A stretch of 31,431 nt of DNA from Minisyncoccota bacterium (lineage in GTDB: Bacteria; Patescibacteriota; Minisyncoccia; UBA6257; XYB1-36-10). The stretch covers positions 1 through 31,431 of the forward strand of contig JAQVXM010000001.1 in assembly GCA_028709185.1 (NCBI GenBank). Reading direction: 5' to 3'. Positions 1-7,593 of this stretch are shown piece after piece (positions within the stretch are counted from its first letter, which is position 1; each line of letters begins with the position of its first letter). A model generated the notes under the pieces. That model was not told where the DNA came from, made no database searches, and worked only from the letters and a program-made list of their open reading frames with translations. The position numbers were made by a program, and so were the translations under genes.

Positions 1-420
1 TTTCTTTATTTTAAAGGAAAAGTGACAGAAGTTATGGCAGACGAAAGAGATTACGAGGCAGGAGGAGTGGCGGCGAGATGGGCGATTCAGATATTTGGAA
101 TAGCGGCGGTTGTTATAATGTTTATTTTTTATACTTATCGAGATATTAATCCTTTTTATGAAGTGGTAGCGGGAACTTTGGCATATTCGGTTTGTTTTCT
201 TTTGATTCTTTATTCGTTGATTTTTCATTATTACGAGAAGGCAAAGTTTTTTAAATGGAAAACTTCTTATATAGTTTTTGCGGTGATTTTAGGAATAGTT
301 GTTTTTCTAGCCGGAGTGAAGTTATTTTCCGGAGAAGACGATTGGATTTGCAGAGGAGGAGAATGGGTGAAACACGGCAATCCGAGTTTTGAAGCGCCAA
401 GTGTTCCATGCGGAAAATAA
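1..420 (+). CDS. DUF2178-like membrane protein, probably 5'-truncated by the window edge, with a C-terminal extracytoplasmic Cys-pair mini-domain
   Basis: The frame is open from base 1 (FLYFKGK precedes the annotated GTG at 22). It has a 'DER..' motif followed by hydrophobic helices and ends in [20 protein letters not shown]. It sits directly upstream of an XRE HTH gene, a common pairing for DUF2178. Confidence 0.6.
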   Translation, partial: FLYFKGKVTEVMADERDYEAGGVAARWAIQIFGIAAVVIMFIFYTYRDINPFYEVVAGTLAYSVCFLLILYSLIFHYYEKAKFFKWKTSYIVFAVILGIVVFLAGVKLFSGEDDWICRGGEWVKHGNPSFEAPSVPCGK

Positions 421-424
421 AAAT

Positions 425-613
425 ATGAAAAACAGAATAAAGGAACTTAGAGTAAAAAGAGGAATGACGCAGGAGGAATTGGCAGAAAAAGCGGGAGTGA
501 GGAGAGAGACGATTGTTTTTTTAGAGCAGGGGAAATATAATCCGTCGCTTAATTTGGCGCACAGCGTGGCAAAAATCTTAAAAACAAAAATAGACGATTT
601 GTTTTTGTTTTAA
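425..613 (+). CDS. XRE/Cro-C1 family helix-turn-helix transcriptional regulator (62 aa)
   Basis: [42 protein letters not shown] is a canonical HTH_3 pattern. The ATG at 425, 4 nt after the upstream stop, is preferred over 389. Confidence 0.9.
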   Translation: MKNRIKELRVKRGMTQEELAEKAGVRRETIVFLEQGKYNPSLNLAHSVAKILKTKIDDLFLF

Positions 614-641
614 AAATAAAAAAGCCCGAGGGAGTCGGGCT
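612..641 (-). terminator. Intrinsic terminator for the minus-strand small-ORF cluster
   Basis: Stem AGCCCGA (623-629) / TCGGGCT (635-641) with a 5-nt loop. On the minus strand it is followed by TTTTTTATTTTT, and it overlaps the stop codon of 640..912. Confidence 0.75.
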
Positions 642-912
642 AAGAGGGGAGAGATTCAAGTTTTTCTAGGATGTCTTTTAAAAGGTCTTTGTCGCGAAGA
701 GCGAGTTTTCTTGAAGATTCAAGCCATTCTTCCGGGGTTATCTCATCAGTTTCTGGGATTGATTCATCGAGAGAAGCTAAAGGATTAGTTTCTATCTTGA
801 CTGGCAGGTTAAGGGAGGAGAAGAGATTATTCGGGTCGATACCGTGATTTTCCTCAAAGCGCTCAAAAAAGTTTTCGTTCATATAGGGTTTCCCTTTGTA
901 AATATCGGGCAT
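640..912 (-). CDS. Small acidic hypothetical protein (90 aa), paralog of 948..1139
   Basis: RBS AGAAAGGAG upstream and a terminator directly downstream. Its N- and C-terminal blocks align with those of the adjacent ORF. Confidence 0.75.
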   Translation of the reverse strand: MPDIYKGKPYMNENFFERFEENHGIDPNNLFSSLNLPVKIETNPLASLDESIPETDEITPEEWLESSRKLALRDKDLLKDILEKLESLPS

Positions 913-947
913 AATAGTTCTCTCCTTTCTGTTTTATTGGACTCCGG

Positions 948-1139
948 TCAAGGTTTTTGGAGCAACTCTTCTGTTATTTCGCGAAGCAGAGGCGTATCTC
1001 TTATAACCAGGGTTTGAAAATTTTCTGAAAATTTTGGTCCAAATGGGCAAGGGTTGGGATTATTTGAAGGATTAGAAGGATTAAGATTTTCAAAAAATTT
1101 TTCATTCATATATGGTTCAGCAGTTAAAATTCCAGGCAT
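948..1139 (-). CDS. Small hypothetical protein (63 aa) with an Asn/Pro-rich core, paralog of 640..912
   Basis: RBS AGAAAGGA 8 nt upstream. Shares PYMNExFFE and RDxxLLxxIxExL with 640..912. Confidence 0.75.
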   Translation of the reverse strand: MPGILTAEPYMNEKFFENLNPSNPSNNPNPCPFGPKFSENFQTLVIRDTPLLREITEELLQKP

Positions 1140-1312
1140 AGCAGTTTTCCTTTCTTTTTATTAGATTTAAGAGCGAGAGCTGTTTCTTTCTCTAATTCTT
1201 TCCAAAATTTTCTAACTTTCGGGTCTGAATAGGGGATTTCTTCGGAGAAAATATTCTCAAGACTTTCAGGTTTTTTTAGCTTTAAATCGGAAGTTTTTAA
1301 CTTTCTACTCAT
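1124..1312 (-). CDS. Small basic hypothetical protein (62 aa), first gene of the small-ORF cluster
   Basis: RBS AGAAAGGA 8 nt upstream. It overlaps the start of the next ORF by 16 nt and has weak ExIPxxDxxxxxxWxE similarity to 640..912. Confidence 0.6.
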   Translation of the reverse strand: MSRKLKTSDLKLKKPESLENIFSEEIPYSDPKVRKFWKELEKETALALKSNKKKGKLLCLEF

Positions 1313-1481
1313 GTTGATATTCCTTTCTAGGTTCTGATTAAATAATAAGAGTTTTTTAAAAAAAGAAAAGAAATGTAATCTTTAGACAAGCTTAGGAACT
1401 AATTTTGTAAAATAGGAAAGGCAGTTGTTTTTAAGAAGAAGCGTGGTAGAGTAAAGGAAAATTATAATTAGCTTTAAAAAT

Positions 1482-2246
1482 ATGGAAGGATTACTTTTTT
1501 ATGGAGAGATTGTTTTAGGGATTATTGTTTTCGCGGTGTTATTTTTGAGGCAGATAAATCAGTATGAAAGAGGCGTGAAATTCACGATGGGAAGGTTTAC
1601 TGGAATAAAAAATTCGGGATGGAGAATTGTGGTGCCGATATTCCAATCAATGACAAAAGTGGATATGAGAATAAAAGCAGTGGATGTGCCAGATCAGAAG
1701 GCAATAACCAAAGATAATATATCGGTTGGAGTGAATGCGGTTATTTATTATAAAGTGATGGATGCAGGAAAGGCGATTATAGAAGTGGAAAATTTCCGTT
1801 ATGCCGTTTCGCAGCTGGCGCAGACAACAATGAGAAATGCAGTAGGAGAAGTGGAGCTTGATGAACTTTTAAGTTCAAGAGAAAAAGTTTCAGAGAGAAT
1901 AAGAACGGTAGTGGATATAGCGAGCGATCCATGGGGGATAAAAGTAGATAATGTGGAATTGAAAGATGTATCTTTGCCGGAAAATATGGAAAGAACAATC
2001 GCCAAACAAGCGGAAGCGGAAAGAGAAAAGAGAGCGGTGATTATAAAAGCAGAAGGGGAAGTGGCAGCGGCGGAAAATATGGCAAAAGCAGCAGAAATAC
2101 TTGCATCTTCGGAAGGGGCTTTGCATTTAAGAACTTTACAATCTATAAATGATATAAGTTCGGATCAATCGAATACGGTGGTATTTGCAATTCCACTTGA
2201 AGTATTACGAGCATTTGAAGGATTGAGGAAAAAAAGAGAAGAGTAG
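1482..2246 (+). CDS. SPFH/band-7 (stomatin/slipin-like) membrane protein
   Basis: N-terminal TM helix, then YERGVKFTMGR, ITKDNISVGVNAV, LAQTTMRNAVG, WGIKVDNVELKDV, KQAEAEREKRAVIIKAEGE and LRTLQ. These are stomatin-family hallmarks. Confidence 0.93.
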   Translation: MEGLLFYGEIVLGIIVFAVLFLRQINQYERGVKFTMGRFTGIKNSGWRIVVPIFQSMTKVDMRIKAVDVPDQKAITKDNISVGVNAVIYYKVMDAGKAIIEVENFRYAVSQLAQTTMRNAVGEVELDELLSSREKVSERIRTVVDIASDPWGIKVDNVELKDVSLPENMERTIAKQAEAEREKRAVIIKAEGEVAAAENMAKAAEILASSEGALHLRTLQSINDISSDQSNTVVFAIPLEVLRAFEGLRKKREE

Positions 2247-2253
2247 AAATAAG

Positions 2254-2287
2254 AAAAAAATACCCTGATATAATCGGGGTTTTTTTT
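2254..2287 (+). terminator. Intrinsic, possibly bidirectional, terminator
   Basis: ACCCTGAT / ATCGGGGT stem with one G-U pair, flanked by an A7 tract and a T-tract, just after the SPFH stop. Confidence 0.7.
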
Positions 2288-2314
2288 ATTTTTATTTGGC
2301 GTTAAAATTAAGAG

Positions 2315-2848
2315 ATGAATATTAAAAAAATTCTAGGGATTATATTAATATTAATAGTAATAGCGTTAATCGGATTTTATTTTTATAACAATGAGAGTGG
2401 AAGTTATAAAAATGAATTGTTTAATAGCGAAATTAATCCTCTAAACGCGGTTTATGAAGTAGAAGGAGGAATTTTTTCCATAAAAGGAGGAGTAGCTGAA
2501 GAAAAGGTCAATTCAATGAGCAGAGACGCAGTGGAAGTAAAAATTTTTGGACAGCCGGTTTTTGGAGATTTAAACCAAGACGGAAATGAAGAAGCGGCAG
2601 TTATAATCAGTTATAAAAACGATAGAGGAGAGGCATTTTATGTGGCGGCGGCAGTAAGAGAAAAAAATGACCAAGAAACAAAAGGAACAAACGCTTTAGT
2701 TTTAGGAGAGGGAGCGATGCCTAAAAATATTTTAATAAAGGAAGGAAAAATACTGGTGAGTTATGAAGTGAAGACAAAAGATTCATCTTTAGTGGAAATA
2801 GAGGGAAGATTTAGGTTGGAAGGAACAGAGCTTAAGCCATCTAATTAA
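2315..2848 (+). CDS. Membrane-anchored exported hypothetical protein
   Basis: N-terminal basic-plus-hydrophobic anchor, and an FGDLNQDG (FG-GAP/EF-hand-like) turn in a beta-rich domain. Confidence 0.75.
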   Translation: MNIKKILGIILILIVIALIGFYFYNNESGSYKNELFNSEINPLNAVYEVEGGIFSIKGGVAEEKVNSMSRDAVEVKIFGQPVFGDLNQDGNEEAAVIISYKNDRGEAFYVAAAVREKNDQETKGTNALVLGEGAMPKNILIKEGKILVSYEVKTKDSSLVEIEGRFRLEGTELKPSN

Positions 2849-2930
2849 TCAAAAGAAAATAAAATTCTTGCAAAAGAACTTCTTTTTGGGGCATACTTAA
2901 AAAGAAGATTGTTTTTGTTTTATTATAAAA

Positions 2931-3440
2931 ATGACCAAAGTAAAAGTACCATTCTTCAAACAAGATACTAATTATTCCTGCGGCCCGGTGGCTTTGCAAA
3001 TGGTCTTTCTTTTTTTTGGAAAGATGAAAAGTGAAAAAGAATTAATAAAAAAACTGAAAACAAGAAAAGATGAAGGAATAAGTCACACAAAAATGAAAGA
3101 GGGAGCAAAAAAATTTGGTTTTAGAGTAGTAATAAAAGAGGATGCAACAATAACAATGATAAAGAATTTTTTAAAAAAGAAAAAGCCGGTAATTGTTAAT
3201 TATATAGAACCGGATTATCAGGAGGGACATTATGCGGTTGTGACCGGAATAAATAGGGGGGTTATTATAATGAATGATCCGTGGCATGGAAAGAATTTTA
3301 AGATGGAGAAGGAAGAATTTGTAAAAAGATGGAGGAGCGAATACGAAAAAAGCAAAAGATGGTTAATGGTTATTTCTAAAAAAAAACGAAAAAATAAATC
3401 AACCGGTATCAGAAAAAATAATCTTAAAGTATTAAATTAA
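2931..3440 (+). CDS. Stand-alone C39-like (papain-fold) cysteine peptidase
   Basis: VPFFKQ...SCGP (oxyanion Gln and catalytic Cys), GHYAVV (His) and NDP (Asp). Confidence 0.85.
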   Translation: MTKVKVPFFKQDTNYSCGPVALQMVFLFFGKMKSEKELIKKLKTRKDEGISHTKMKEGAKKFGFRVVIKEDATITMIKNFLKKKKPVIVNYIEPDYQEGHYAVVTGINRGVIIMNDPWHGKNFKMEKEEFVKRWRSEYEKSKRWLMVISKKKRKNKSTGIRKNNLKVLN

Positions 3441-3550
3441 TTGGTTTTTAAAACAACGAAAGGTGTATAATAACGACAGAATCTTAAAATAAAAATTCCT
3501 TCGTTGTTTAAAGTTTTAAAAAGACAAAGGAAAGATAAGGGAGAAAGATA

Positions 3551-4087
3551 ATGAAAGATAAAAGGAAGTTTTTTGGAAAGAATAAAAATATTTTACTGAT
3601 TGGTGGCTCTATAATTATTCCTCCATTTGAAAGTTTTTTTGAAGGAAAGGAAAAAGGGTGTTTTACAAAAAGAAATGGAATAAAAATAAAAAATGGAGTG
3701 GGGGAAAGGTTATGGATAAAAGGGAGATACCCGAAAAAGCCGGAAACTGAAGTTTTAGTTGTTGAGGTTTTAGAATCATTAATGGCTGTTGATTTTGTGA
3801 AATCTGAAAAGAGGGAAGAGTTTTTGAAAAAGAGACCTTTAACTCCTTTTCAAATATCAAATCTTTTGAATTCAAGCAGAACTAGAAATTTAATTCAGAA
3901 AAAAGAGGGAAAAAATTATCTGTTTTTTATTTTTAATCCTGATTTTGATTTGAATAGCGGAAAAGGAGGCCTTTTTGTTTTAAACGTGTATTGGTTTTCT
4001 TCGGAAAATATGTGGATCGGATCTTTAACCGGAGAAAAATCAACAGAAAAAAGAATACCTGGAAGTTTAGTTTTTTTAGGAAATTAA
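3551..4087 (+). CDS. Hypothetical protein (178 aa)
   Basis: Long ORF with SD-like AAGGGAG 7 nt upstream, a TATAAT at 3466 and a terminator hairpin downstream. No recognised function. Confidence 0.7.
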   Translation: MKDKRKFFGKNKNILLIGGSIIIPPFESFFEGKEKGCFTKRNGIKIKNGVGERLWIKGRYPKKPETEVLVVEVLESLMAVDFVKSEKREEFLKKRPLTPFQISNLLNSSRTRNLIQKKEGKNYLFFIFNPDFDLNSGKGGLFVLNVYWFSSENMWIGSLTGEKSTEKRIPGSLVFLGN

Positions 4088-4105
4088 TAATAGGAACTAT
4101 TTTAT

Positions 4106-4141
4106 TCCTCCGACGCAAAAAGCGCGATCGGAGGATTTTTT
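4106..4141 (+). terminator. Intrinsic terminator with a bulged stem
   Basis: TCCTCCGA-CGC-AAAAA-GCG-cga-TCGGAGGA followed by TTTTTT. Confidence 0.7.
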
Positions 4142-4211
4142 ATTAAGTTTTTATCTAGTTTGACTTTTTTAAAAATAATGTTATGTTTAAAAGAAAAGTG
4201 TTGGTAAAAAA

Positions 4212-4238
4212 TGGAATTTTAGCTTTATTTTTTTGTAT
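4212..4238 (+). promoter_or_regulatory. Candidate autoregulatory ECF-sigma promoter
   Basis: TGGAAT-N16-TGTAT ends 6 nt before the ATG. It has the same spacing as TGAAAC-N16-AGTAT upstream of the htrA-like gene. Confidence 0.3.
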
Positions 4239-4244
4239 TTATAA

Positions 4245-4814
4245 ATGGAATTAGAAAATAAATTAGAAAAGAGCGACGAACAGCTTGTTTCCCTTATAAA
4301 AGAAGGAGAGGTTGAGTATTTTCGGGAAATTGTCGAAAGATACGAAAAAAAGATATTTTTTTACGTGCGGAGATTTTTAAATAATCAGGACGATGCGAGA
4401 GATTTGACGCAAGATGTTTTTGTAAAAGTTTATAAAAACATACAAAGTTTTGATTCAGAGAAAAGATTTTCTCCGTGGATTTATAGAATTGCTCATAATG
4501 AAGCGGTAAATATTATAAAGAAAAAAATAAGAGAACCTCTTAATTTTTTTGATCCGGAAGTTTTATTTCCACATCCTGTGGCAAATGAAGATCCTCAAAG
4601 TGATGCAGAAAAAAATGAAATAAAAAAAGCACTTGAAGAATGTTTAGAAGATATGGATGAAAAATACAAAGAAGTATTGATTTTAAGATATTTTGAGGAT
4701 ATGGATTATAAAGATATTGCGGAAATTTTAAAAATTCCAGTCGTGACTGTCGGGGTGAGATTAAATCGAGGAAAGGATAAATTAAGAGAAATTTACGAAA
4801 AAAAATTTAAATAA
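4245..4814 (+). CDS. ECF (group IV) RNA polymerase sigma factor, RpoE/SigW-like
   Basis: Region 2 DARDLTQDVFVKVYKNIQSFD...FSPWIYRIAHNEAVN and region 4 KYKEVLILRYFEDMDYKDIAEILKIPVVTVGVRLNRGKDKL. Confidence 0.95.
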   Translation: MELENKLEKSDEQLVSLIKEGEVEYFREIVERYEKKIFFYVRRFLNNQDDARDLTQDVFVKVYKNIQSFDSEKRFSPWIYRIAHNEAVNIIKKKIREPLNFFDPEVLFPHPVANEDPQSDAEKNEIKKALEECLEDMDEKYKEVLILRYFEDMDYKDIAEILKIPVVTVGVRLNRGKDKLREIYEKKFK

Positions 4815-4817
4815 AAA

Positions 4818-5519
4818 ATGGAAAACAAAAAACAAAATAAAATCGCGGACGAAATTATCGAGAAAATAAAAAAAGGAGAGGTAAAAATGTTGCCGAAATC
4901 TTATTTTTTAATGAAGTCGGTTCTTTATGCGGTTGTCTCAATTTTTGCTGTTATTTTCGCTACATTTTTTATAGCTTTAGTTTTTTATGTTTTAAAAATA
5001 AACGGATTTTTAAATTTGTCGCAATTTGGTCTTAAAGGGTTGCGTGATTTTATTTTGTCTTTGCCGGTTCTTCTTTTAGCGGTTGCTATTTTATTTATAG
5101 TGGTGGCAATAATGTTTTTATCGGAGTATCCGGCGACTTACAGGAGACCGCTTATATATTCCGTCGGCAGTTTATTGGTTATTTTCAGTTTGGGACTTTT
5201 ATGCATAACAAAAGCAGTTTCTTTCAGGAGAATGGTTTATAACGAAATAGAGAGCGGAGAGGTGCCGGTTATTTCTGATTTTTATGATTACATAAAAGAA
5301 ACAAATCCGAGAAATGTTTTAAAAGGAAGAGTGGAAAATGTTTACAGCAGCAGCTTTTTAATGGATGTAGGAGACGGGGAGAATGTGAGAGTGGTTTATG
5401 GACCGCAGACATCATTTTATTTTGAAGAGTTGATAAGGAGCGGAGATTATGTAATAGTGCATGGAAGAAGAAATGGAAATTCAATAGGGGCATTTGTAGT
5501 AGAGAAGGTGGAGGAATAA
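4818..5519 (+). CDS. Putative anti-sigma or membrane sensor partner with several TM helices and a C-terminal OB-like (DUF5666-like) domain
   Basis: Starts 3 nt after the sigma stop. Has about 3 hydrophobic segments and a C-terminal KGRVENV...VRVVYGPQTSF...GDYVIVHG beta pattern. Confidence 0.6.
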   Translation: MENKKQNKIADEIIEKIKKGEVKMLPKSYFLMKSVLYAVVSIFAVIFATFFIALVFYVLKINGFLNLSQFGLKGLRDFILSLPVLLLAVAILFIVVAIMFLSEYPATYRRPLIYSVGSLLVIFSLGLLCITKAVSFRRMVYNEIESGEVPVISDFYDYIKETNPRNVLKGRVENVYSSSFLMDVGDGENVRVVYGPQTSFYFEELIRSGDYVIVHGRRNGNSIGAFVVEKVEE

Positions 5520-5670
5520 AATATTTTTGAAAAGAAGGTTGATTGGTTTGATATAGAGTTAGAGTTGAATATCAGATTTATTTTTTTAAATAAAAAATAG
5601 TATTTAAAACAAAAAGAGGTTGAGGATGTTTTTTACGTAAAAGAGATATAATATTAAGAAGATAGAAAAA

Positions 5671-6996
5671 ATGAAATTCAACTATTTAGATAAAAAAGAT
5701 AAAAAATTATCCGGAATTATTAAAAAGGAGATAAAACGACAAGAAGAGACACTAGATTTGATTGCTTCAGAAAATTTAGCTCCAAAAGGAGTTTTGGAAG
5801 CTCTTGGATCTCCTTTAGTAAATAAGTATTCAGAAGGATATCCTGGAGTAAGATATTATCCGGGAAATAAGTTTTATGACGAGATAGAAATTTTGGCACA
5901 AGAGAGAGCTCTTAAAGCTTTTCAGTTAAAATTGGAAGAATGGGGGGTAAATGTGCAACCTTATTCAGGATCGCCGGCAAATTTGGCGGTTTATATGGCT
6001 TTAATTCAACCGGGAGATATGATTATGGGGATGAAACTATCTTCGGGAGGACATCTGACTCATGGTCATAAGGCATCAGCAACGGGAAAATTTTTTCAAT
6101 CAGTTCAATATGGAGTGAGAGATGATGGCAGAATAAATTATGATGAAATTTTAAAGTTAGCTATAGAGCATAAGCCAAAAATAATTATAACAGGGGCGAC
6201 AGCTTATCCGAGAGAAATAGATTTTAAAAAATTAGGAGAGATAGCTAAAAAAGTAGGGGCATATCATGTAGCGGATATTTCTCATATTGCGGGCCTTGTG
6301 GCGGCAGGAGAACATTTGTCGCCTTTTCCATATGCAGATGTAGTAACAATGACAACGCAAAAGACTTTAAGAGGACCGAGAGGAGCAGTGATATTTGCGA
6401 GAAAAAAATTGATTAAAACAGATTCTCGAGTAAGTGGGAATGAAAAAAAAGATAGTAAAAGCGAAAAAGGAAAAAAGAATAAAAAAGAAGAAACAATTTT
6501 TGACAGAAAAAACAAAGCGGTATTTCCGGGATTACAGGGAGGACCACATAATAATCAGACGGCGGCGATTGCTTATATGTTTTTAGAAGCAGCTAAACCA
6601 GAGTTTAAAAGAATACAAAAACAAATTATTAAAAATGCAGCTGTTCTGGCGGAAAAATTAAAAGAAAAAGATTTTAATTTGGTAACAGGAGGAACAGATA
6701 ATCATTTAATTCTTATAGATGTGAGAAATTTTGGATTAGACGGATGGGAGGCAGAGCATTTATTAGAAGACATCGGGATAGTGGCAAATAGAAATTCGGT
6801 GCCGGGAGATGATAAACCATTTCATCCATCGGGAATACGGATGGGAACGGCTTTCTTATCCAGTCGGGGAATGAAAGAAAAAGAGATGAAAAAAATAGCG
6901 GATATAATTTTTAGAAGATTAGTTCATAAAGAAGCGGCGGAAAAATTAAAAAAAGAAGTTTTTGTTTTGTGTAAAAATTTTCCATTAGAATACTGA
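5671..6996 (+). CDS. glyA: Serine hydroxymethyltransferase
   Basis: LIASEN, NKYSEGYPGVRYYPG, NVQPYSGSPAN, GGHLTHG, ADISHIAGL, TTQKTLRGPRG (PLP Lys), FPGLQGGPHN, TGGTDNHL and SGIRMGT. Confidence 0.98.
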   Translation: MKFNYLDKKDKKLSGIIKKEIKRQEETLDLIASENLAPKGVLEALGSPLVNKYSEGYPGVRYYPGNKFYDEIEILAQERALKAFQLKLEEWGVNVQPYSGSPANLAVYMALIQPGDMIMGMKLSSGGHLTHGHKASATGKFFQSVQYGVRDDGRINYDEILKLAIEHKPKIIITGATAYPREIDFKKLGEIAKKVGAYHVADISHIAGLVAAGEHLSPFPYADVVTMTTQKTLRGPRGAVIFARKKLIKTDSRVSGNEKKDSKSEKGKKNKKEETIFDRKNKAVFPGLQGGPHNNQTAAIAYMFLEAAKPEFKRIQKQIIKNAAVLAEKLKEKDFNLVTGGTDNHLILIDVRNFGLDGWEAEHLLEDIGIVANRNSVPGDDKPFHPSGIRMGTAFLSSRGMKEKEMKKIADIIFRRLVHKEAAEKLKKEVFVLCKNFPLEY

Positions 6997-6997
6997 T

Positions 6998-7026
6998 TTG
7001 ACTTTTATCATTTTATTTATTATTGT
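6998..7026 (+). promoter_or_regulatory. Candidate sigma70 promoter for the Nudix gene
   Basis: TTGACT-N17-TATTGT immediately after the glyA stop. Confidence 0.45.
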
Positions 7027-7078
7027 ATAGAAAGACAAGAAATAACTTTGACATATATTTTAGAAAAGGGAGATTGAA

Positions 7079-7474
7079 ATGGATAAAAAGAAATCAGTCG
7101 TGGCGTTAATTGTGAAAGGAAAGAAAGTTTTAATTGGAAAGAAAAGAAAAAAGAAGGGAAAAAATCGAGACGGGGCGTGGCATATTCCAAGTGGAAAAAT
7201 AAAAGAAGGGGAGAGAAGAAAAGAAGCTTTAGAAAGGGAAATGAAAGAGGAGTTGGGAGAAGATTCTTCGATAAAAATTTTGGAATTTTTAGGTAGATAT
7301 GAAACGCAAAAAGGCGTGGCTAGTTGGTATAAATGTTCTTTTTCCGGAAAAATATCTCCAGCAAGCGATTTAGAAGAAGCTGTGTTTGTTTCTGGAAAAA
7401 AAGCTTTTGAAATTTGCGGCAGAAGATCGGGAGAATGGCCTCAAATAGTGAAAAAAATGTTGAAGTGTTTGTAA
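7079..7474 (+). CDS. Nudix hydrolase
   Basis: Nudix box GKIKEGERRKEALEREMKEELG (GX5EX7REUXEEXG), preceded by an SD-like AAGGGAG. Confidence 0.92.
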   Translation: MDKKKSVVALIVKGKKVLIGKKRKKKGKNRDGAWHIPSGKIKEGERRKEALEREMKEELGEDSSIKILEFLGRYETQKGVASWYKCSFSGKISPASDLEEAVFVSGKKAFEICGRRSGEWPQIVKKMLKCL

Positions 7475-7489
7475 AATGAGTTTTTTAAT

Positions 7490-7515
7490 AAAGCGGCTCC
7501 AAAGCCGCTTTTTTT
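7490..7515 (+). terminator. Intrinsic terminator
   Basis: AAAGCGGCT-CCAA-AGCCGCTTT perfect stem running into a T-tract. Confidence 0.85.
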
Positions 7516-7593
7516 AATTAAATTGAGAGTATTAAAATTCTTAAAATAATTTTATTTGCTCATTTTTTTAAAATGAAGTAAATTAAAAAAGAA

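Noticed and set aside
389-424. N-terminal extension of the XRE ORF given in the ORF track
   Set aside because: It overlaps the upstream gene, and the HTH family pattern starts at the ATG at 425.
640-3440. Small-ORF cluster plus C39 peptidase as a bacteriocin/RiPP system
   Set aside because: The small proteins have no double-glycine (GG/GA) cleavage motif, there is no ABC transporter or maturase, and two unrelated genes on the opposite strand separate them from the peptidase.
5520-5670. ZTP or THF riboswitch upstream of glyA (also checked upstream of folD)
   Set aside because: Both regions are very AT-rich, with none of the conserved GC-rich aptamer elements or pairing potential.
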